Shown piece by piece: positions 59,614 through 64,000 of a stretch of 64,000 nucleotides of DNA. The stretch comes from Acidobacteriota bacterium. Lineage in GTDB: Bacteria; Acidobacteriota; UBA890; WLXD01. The stretch covers positions 2,592,001 through 2,656,000 of the forward strand of contig CBDBHB010000009.1 of NCBI GenBank assembly GCA_965205505.1, given 5' to 3'. Positions within the stretch are counted from its first letter, which is position 1, and each line of letters starts with the position of its first letter. The notes beneath the pieces are model-generated. The model ran no database searches. It was given only the letters and a program-made list of their open reading frames with translations, and had not been told where the DNA came from. The position numbers and the translations under genes are program-made.

Positions 59614-61059
59614 ATGGTCGTATCTAACCGATTTCGCGCCCTCCTCGTCGTTGCCCTGCTGATCGTAGTGATCGGCGCCACCGGTCCGGTGTTTGCACAG
59701 AAGGACCAGTTCCCCAAGACCATGGAGGCGGCACGGCGCTTCTATGAGGAGGAGCGGCCACTCAAAGACTGGGCTGGGGGCCCGGTTGAATACCTCTTGC
59801 TGGACTACGAGCGCGACACCTGGAAGGAGCAGAAGACCGACGAGCTCCGCCGTCAGTTCATCGAGTGGTTCTGGGGCCGGCGCGACCTTGATACTCGCGA
59901 CCAGGGGCACGTGTTCCAAGAGGAGTTCTACCGACGGGTAGGCTTCGTGAACGAGCGGTTTCACGGGTTCCCACGTGGGTGGAGGTCCGATCGTGGCCGA
60001 GTTTGGGTCATCCTCGGCCGACCCACCGGAGGTATGCGCCGGAGGGACTTGCGGGGTTTCGGCCGATGCTCGTATCCGGAGGGGGAGTGGTGGACCTACC
60101 GCACCAACAACATGGCCTTTCGGTCGCAGATGGGCGAGTTCCACGTGGTCTTCGTCGAGACGCGTATCGGCCAGTTCGAGCTCTGCGATCCAGGCATGCT
60201 CGGCGTCGGCGGTATGCCGACCGACCTGCGGACTGCGTTCTTGTTCACCAACGAGGGCGCTCTGGTAGATACCGTGACTGAGTTCCGGCCCGGTGCGGGA
60301 ATGGCCAGCACGACGGTAGCGATTCGCGAGACCGTGGCGCGCACCGAGCCACTCACCGTGCTGGCCGAGACTTGGGGCATCAACGGGGTGGCGGGCGCGC
60401 TCGTGATCCCAATCGAGATTCCTCTGCGGGACCTCCTGTTTGAGCCCGTCGGTGATGGTCTGCGGGCGACGCTCCGGATCGACGCATCGCTGGTCAGTCT
60501 GGGCGATACCGATGAGTTGAGTGGAACGCAAGAATGGATCATCGATTTGCCAGCGGCAGATGTGGCGCGTATCAGGGTCGCGTCGCTGCGCACGGCGTTG
60601 CTATTGCGGGCGGCGGCAGGCGGATACACGCTAGACGTACGCGTGCTCGATCCGCTCTCGGGGACGGCGTTTACGTGGGACGGAGAGGTAGAGATCTCCG
60701 ACAGCGGTAGCGCCGTCAGCCCGCTAATCATCGGTCGGTCGTTGACTCGGTTGCGCGAGGGCGAGGTCGGAATCATCTCCGGCGTCGAGCCGCGGTTGAG
60801 TGCCGGCGACAGCTTTTCCGCCCTCACCTGGCTGCGAGGCAAGGTCCCTGATGCGGAAGCCGTGCGCATGACGCTAGTCGATTCGGCCGGCGCCGAGCTC
60901 GAGCTCCAAGATGTCAACGCCGCCTGGGGCGACAACACGGTGGCGGGCCCTCTGATCGTTCAGGCGATGGTGCCAGCGGGGGCCGCTGGCGACTACTTGC
61001 TACGCCTCAGTCTGAATGATGGCGCCGCTCCATTGGAGGCGAAGGTGCGCATCGAGTAA
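59614..61059 (+). CDS. GWxTD-domain secreted protein
   Basis: FIEWFWGRRD...EFYRRV..VNERF...GWRSDRGRVWVILG.P; signal peptide. Confidence 0.85.
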   Translation: MVVSNRFRALLVVALLIVVIGATGPVFAQKDQFPKTMEAARRFYEEERPLKDWAGGPVEYLLLDYERDTWKEQKTDELRRQFIEWFWGRRDLDTRDQGHVFQEEFYRRVGFVNERFHGFPRGWRSDRGRVWVILGRPTGGMRRRDLRGFGRCSYPEGEWWTYRTNNMAFRSQMGEFHVVFVETRIGQFELCDPGMLGVGGMPTDLRTAFLFTNEGALVDTVTEFRPGAGMASTTVAIRETVARTEPLTVLAETWGINGVAGALVIPIEIPLRDLLFEPVGDGLRATLRIDASLVSLGDTDELSGTQEWIIDLPAADVARIRVASLRTALLLRAAAGGYTLDVRVLDPLSGTAFTWDGEVEISDSGSAVSPLIIGRSLTRLREGEVGIISGVEPRLSAGDSFSALTWLRGKVPDAEAVRMTLVDSAGAELELQDVNAAWGDNTVAGPLIVQAMVPAGAAGDYLLRLSLNDGAAPLEAKVRIE

Positions 61060-61176
61060 CCGCTCTCGACGGCGTGCTAACCTAATCGGTTGCCGCCTGG
61101 CGCGAGCCAGGCGCGTGGTACGATCCACACACGCGACCAGTTTACGCCCCACATGACCTGATCCCCGGCGGCCCCG

Positions 61177-61455
61177 ATGCGCATGACTCAGGAGCAGATC
61201 GAAGTGATCGCCTTCCGGGTCGTTCGCGACCTCGGCAAACTCGGGCTGATTCGCGTCGAAAACGCCGCAGAAACGGAAGGCCGGATGAGCGGGATCGTCG
61301 TCGACGACTTGATGGTCGAGGATCGTCTCAACGACGAAGTACGCGACATCATGCGCACCTACAATGACCAGATCAGGCGCGCCGATGTCGAGCTTCACGA
61401 GATGTTCAAGGTGATCAAGGCCAAGCTCGCCAGGGAACGCAACATCATCCTCTGA
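61177..61455 (+). CDS. DUF507 family protein
   Basis: EDRLNDEVR...MF..IK.KLARERNIIL. Confidence 0.8.
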   Translation: MRMTQEQIEVIAFRVVRDLGKLGLIRVENAAETEGRMSGIVVDDLMVEDRLNDEVRDIMRTYNDQIRRADVELHEMFKVIKAKLARERNIIL

Positions 61456-61461
61456 TCGTAT

Positions 61462-61743
61462 ATGCGTCTATCTCGCGCCAAGGTCAACCATCTGTCACGC
61501 CTCCTGGTCGATGCGCTGGGGGAGGACGAGTCCGTGGAGCTGCGCCGCGAGCCGAACACGGTGCGGCTGGCGATCGTCGAGATCTTCCAGGAGGAGCTCC
61601 GGCGCGACGAGTACATCGATCGTAAAGTGCAGCAGAAGATAGCCTCGCAGAAACGCGACATTCCCGAGGGGGGAAGGGAGTGGGAGATTCTCTACCGTCA
61701 GTACTACCGTGAGGAGTTCGACCGGCACCGACCCGTCCGCTGA
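61462..61743 (+). CDS. DUF507 family protein
   Basis: MRLSRAKVNHLS...KIASQKRDIPEGGREWEILY..YY.EE. Confidence 0.85.
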   Translation: MRLSRAKVNHLSRLLVDALGEDESVELRREPNTVRLAIVEIFQEELRRDEYIDRKVQQKIASQKRDIPEGGREWEILYRQYYREEFDRHRPVR

Positions 61744-61780
61744 CGGGACGCTTGCTGCTCGGCCTGCTAGCGCCTGACGT

Positions 61781-64000
61781 ATGCGAGTCACGGCTTTTCT
61801 TCGTCTCGCGTGCGCAGGCCTCGCAGGTGCTGTGTCGTTGGTGGTGTATCTCAACTGGCAGCCGGTAGAGGCACTCGAGCATGCCTCCGGCCGCGTTGAG
61901 ATCCCTGGCATGCCGGATGGCGATCGCAGCGTCGAGTCGCGCACCGAGACGATCAACTTCGTCAAGTTCCGCGGCGATCGCAAGCTCTACGAGATTGCTG
62001 CCGTCGAGTTGCTCGATTTCTCGGACGGCTGGAACATGTGGGCCGGCGTGAACATGCGCATCTTCGGCAAGGACGGGCCCGACAAGGACGTTGTCGTGGT
62101 TGGCGATACGATGCGAACAAGCGGGGACGGCGGTGATTTCGACGAGATCCGCATTATCGGCAACGTGCGCGCCGAGCTGCCGAACGGCGGGTACTTCGAG
62201 ACGCGGCGCCTCAACTACGACGTGGTGAGCGGTGTGGTCAGCAACTGCAACCGCAGCACATTGTTCTATGCGGGTATGGAGTCGCGGGGGGACTGTCTTC
62301 AATTCCAGACTGCCGGCGACGTCACCAGCGGACAGGACGTGGTGGCCGAAGAGCTGCGCATGTGGGGCGATTTGACCGTGCGGCGCGGTGACGGGGAGGG
62401 CGCCATGCCGGCAGGACTGCGCGGTAGCGCTGACGAGATGCGTGTAGAGCCGGGCGGGGATCAGGTGCGTCTGCAGGGAGCCGCCGAGCTGGAGATGAAC
62501 CAGGCCTCGGTTCGCGGAGACGAGATCATCCTCGATGTGGGAGCAGGCGTCAGCGAGCTGCGTGGTGTCGAGGCCACGGGCGAGGCGCGGGTAAGGTTCT
62601 TCCCGGGGGCCGACAATCCCGCGGCTGCCGCGGAGACCGCACTGGAAAGCGACGGCGAGGTCGAGCCTCTTGACGACGAGGCGGCCAGGCTGCCAGGGAT
62701 GGACTCCGAGGTGGCCTCTGACGGTGTTGCCGGCGCCAACAGCGCCGACGTTGCTGGCGTGGCCGCTGTTGGCTCGGCCGACAGCGGCACGAGTCCCCCT
62801 AACGGCGACCAGGAGGACGGCGACACGCGTCTCCTGCGCGGGGATACCATCCGGATCGAATTTTCCATCGGTGAGTTGGCCGCCCTCGAAGCGCTCAGTG
62901 GACGGCTGGGTTCCCGACTCACGTTGCCTGGCTTTGGGCGGCTGGAGGCACGGGAAATCGAGCTCCGGCCCGATGGCGACCAGCAGTCGATCGAGGCGCA
63001 TCGAGGCGTCGCGTGGCGCTCGCGCGGCGACGCCGACGGCTTGCGCGAGCTGGCCGCGTCGGAGCTCACGCTCACGGTTGACGACGCTGGCCTGCAGCGC
63101 CTGGAGGCGGAGGGCAACGTCGTGGCGGATCTGGCCATGTCGAGCACCGAGGATCCGCTCATCTTCACCGGAGAGCGGCTGATCGCCAGTTGGGCCGAAG
63201 GGGCGCTCGACGAGGCAAATTGGCCCGATGGAGTCGAGTTCGAGGCTGACGGTCGCGCCATGTCGTCGGGGGCCGCCTCGTATACCGCGGTTTCCGATGC
63301 CTGGAAATTGGATGGCGACCCCGCCCCGGTCTTGTCGGCGAGCGGTGTAGATCTGTACGCCGACGTGATGACGTGGCGACCTGACGAGGGCATCGAGGCG
63401 ACCGGATCGGTCCGCGCCGACGTGGCCGACGACTATCTCGACGCGGCCAGCGTGCTGTTCGGCGATACCCCGAGCGTAGAGATGACCGCCAGTTCAGCCG
63501 AGCTCGACGTCGAAGGGGTGCTGATCCTGCGCACCAACGTCGAGGTCATCTGGGAATCACAATCACTGGAGACCGCCGAGCTGCGATTGGAGTCCGATCC
63601 GGGGCGGCTGCGCGCCCAGGGAGCGGTCGAGCTGGTAGCGGTAGCGGCGACCGACGAGGATGGGGAGCCCGAGTACGCCACGGTGAGCGCCACCAACCTT
63701 CTCGTCGAGCAAGACGGTATGCAGCTTCGCCTCGGTGGTGCCGCCAGCATGCGCCAGCGCTCTCGTATCATCCAAGCCGACAAGCTCCGGGTGGAGGTCG
63801 ATGAAGAAGGTGGCTGGAGCGAGGTCGTGGCCGAGGATGCTGTGCAATTCCGCGACACCCAGGCGGAGGCAAGTGGCGACGAGCTTACCTACAACATGGA
63901 TAGTGGCGAGCTGCTCCTACTGGGAACAGCTCTCGCGCCCGCCCGCTTCGCTTACCACGGCATCGAGTACAAGAGTCGGGACGCCTTGCGCATCGTCTAC
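61781..64000 (+). CDS. Long LptC/LptA(OstA)-like beta-jellyroll protein (runs off the window; absent from ORF track because no stop)
   Basis: ATG 61781, N-terminal TM, GNV.....G..FET..LNYD, repeated A.G.V and GD.L.Y units; same frame reads sensibly at window end. Confidence 0.7.
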   Translation, partial: MRVTAFLRLACAGLAGAVSLVVYLNWQPVEALEHASGRVEIPGMPDGDRSVESRTETINFVKFRGDRKLYEIAAVELLDFSDGWNMWAGVNMRIFGKDGPDKDVVVVGDTMRTSGDGGDFDEIRIIGNVRAELPNGGYFETRRLNYDVVSGVVSNCNRSTLFYAGMESRGDCLQFQTAGDVTSGQDVVAEELRMWGDLTVRRGDGEGAMPAGLRGSADEMRVEPGGDQVRLQGAAELEMNQASVRGDEIILDVGAGVSELRGVEATGEARVRFFPGADNPAAAAETALESDGEVEPLDDEAARLPGMDSEVASDGVAGANSADVAGVAAVGSADSGTSPPNGDQEDGDTRLLRGDTIRIEFSIGELAALEALSGRLGSRLTLPGFGRLEAREIELRPDGDQQSIEAHRGVAWRSRGDADGLRELAASELTLTVDDAGLQRLEAEGNVVADLAMSSTEDPLIFTGERLIASWAEGALDEANWPDGVEFEADGRAMSSGAASYTAVSDAWKLDGDPAPVLSASGVDLYADVMTWRPDEGIEATGSVRADVADDYLDAASVLFGDTPSVEMTASSAELDVEGVLILRTNVEVIWESQSLETAELRLESDPGRLRAQGAVELVAVAATDEDGEPEYATVSATNLLVEQDGMQLRLGGAASMRQRSRIIQADKLRVEVDEEGGWSEVVAEDAVQFRDTQAEASGDELTYNMDSGELLLLGTALAPARFAYHGIEYKSRDALRIVY

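Noticed and set aside
61760-61770. CGGCCTGCTAG matching the right end of the CTAG element
   Set aside because: Only 11 bp, with no partner end or core nearby; could be chance.

Overview
High-GC bacterial chromosome segment. The host is probably Acidobacteriota-like, an inference from the GWxTD protein, tandem DUF507 genes, long LptC/LptA-like gene and MGQGEP-type RlmN. About 33 kb (16.3-50.3 kb) is the core tRNA-tuf-secE-nusG-rplKAJL-rpoBC-str-S10-spc-alpha supercluster, flanked by housekeeping genes. Two things stand out. (1) A ~7.9 kb integrated element (8364-16269) sits in tRNA-Thr(UGU) and looks like a phage satellite. It carries an integrase, a CGNR Zn-finger gene, two AlpA/Xis-type HTH genes, an HTH replication initiator with internal iterons and a cos-like site. 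It also has an unusual single ORF fusing a PLD/Nuc-like nuclease domain to a lambda Nu1-like small terminase, two orphan cargo genes, inverted hsdR remnants, and an outward promoter aimed at the tRNA-Tyr it disconnected. (2) A family of CTAG-bounded 180-280 bp modular palindromic elements (633-911, 19636-19896, 50482-50764) shares one 24-nt core and the same fold despite unrelated stem and terminal sequences. Their CTAG ends coincide with host stop codons, and one copy appears to extend ribosomal protein L11. All calls come from reading the sequence by eye; no database searches were run.
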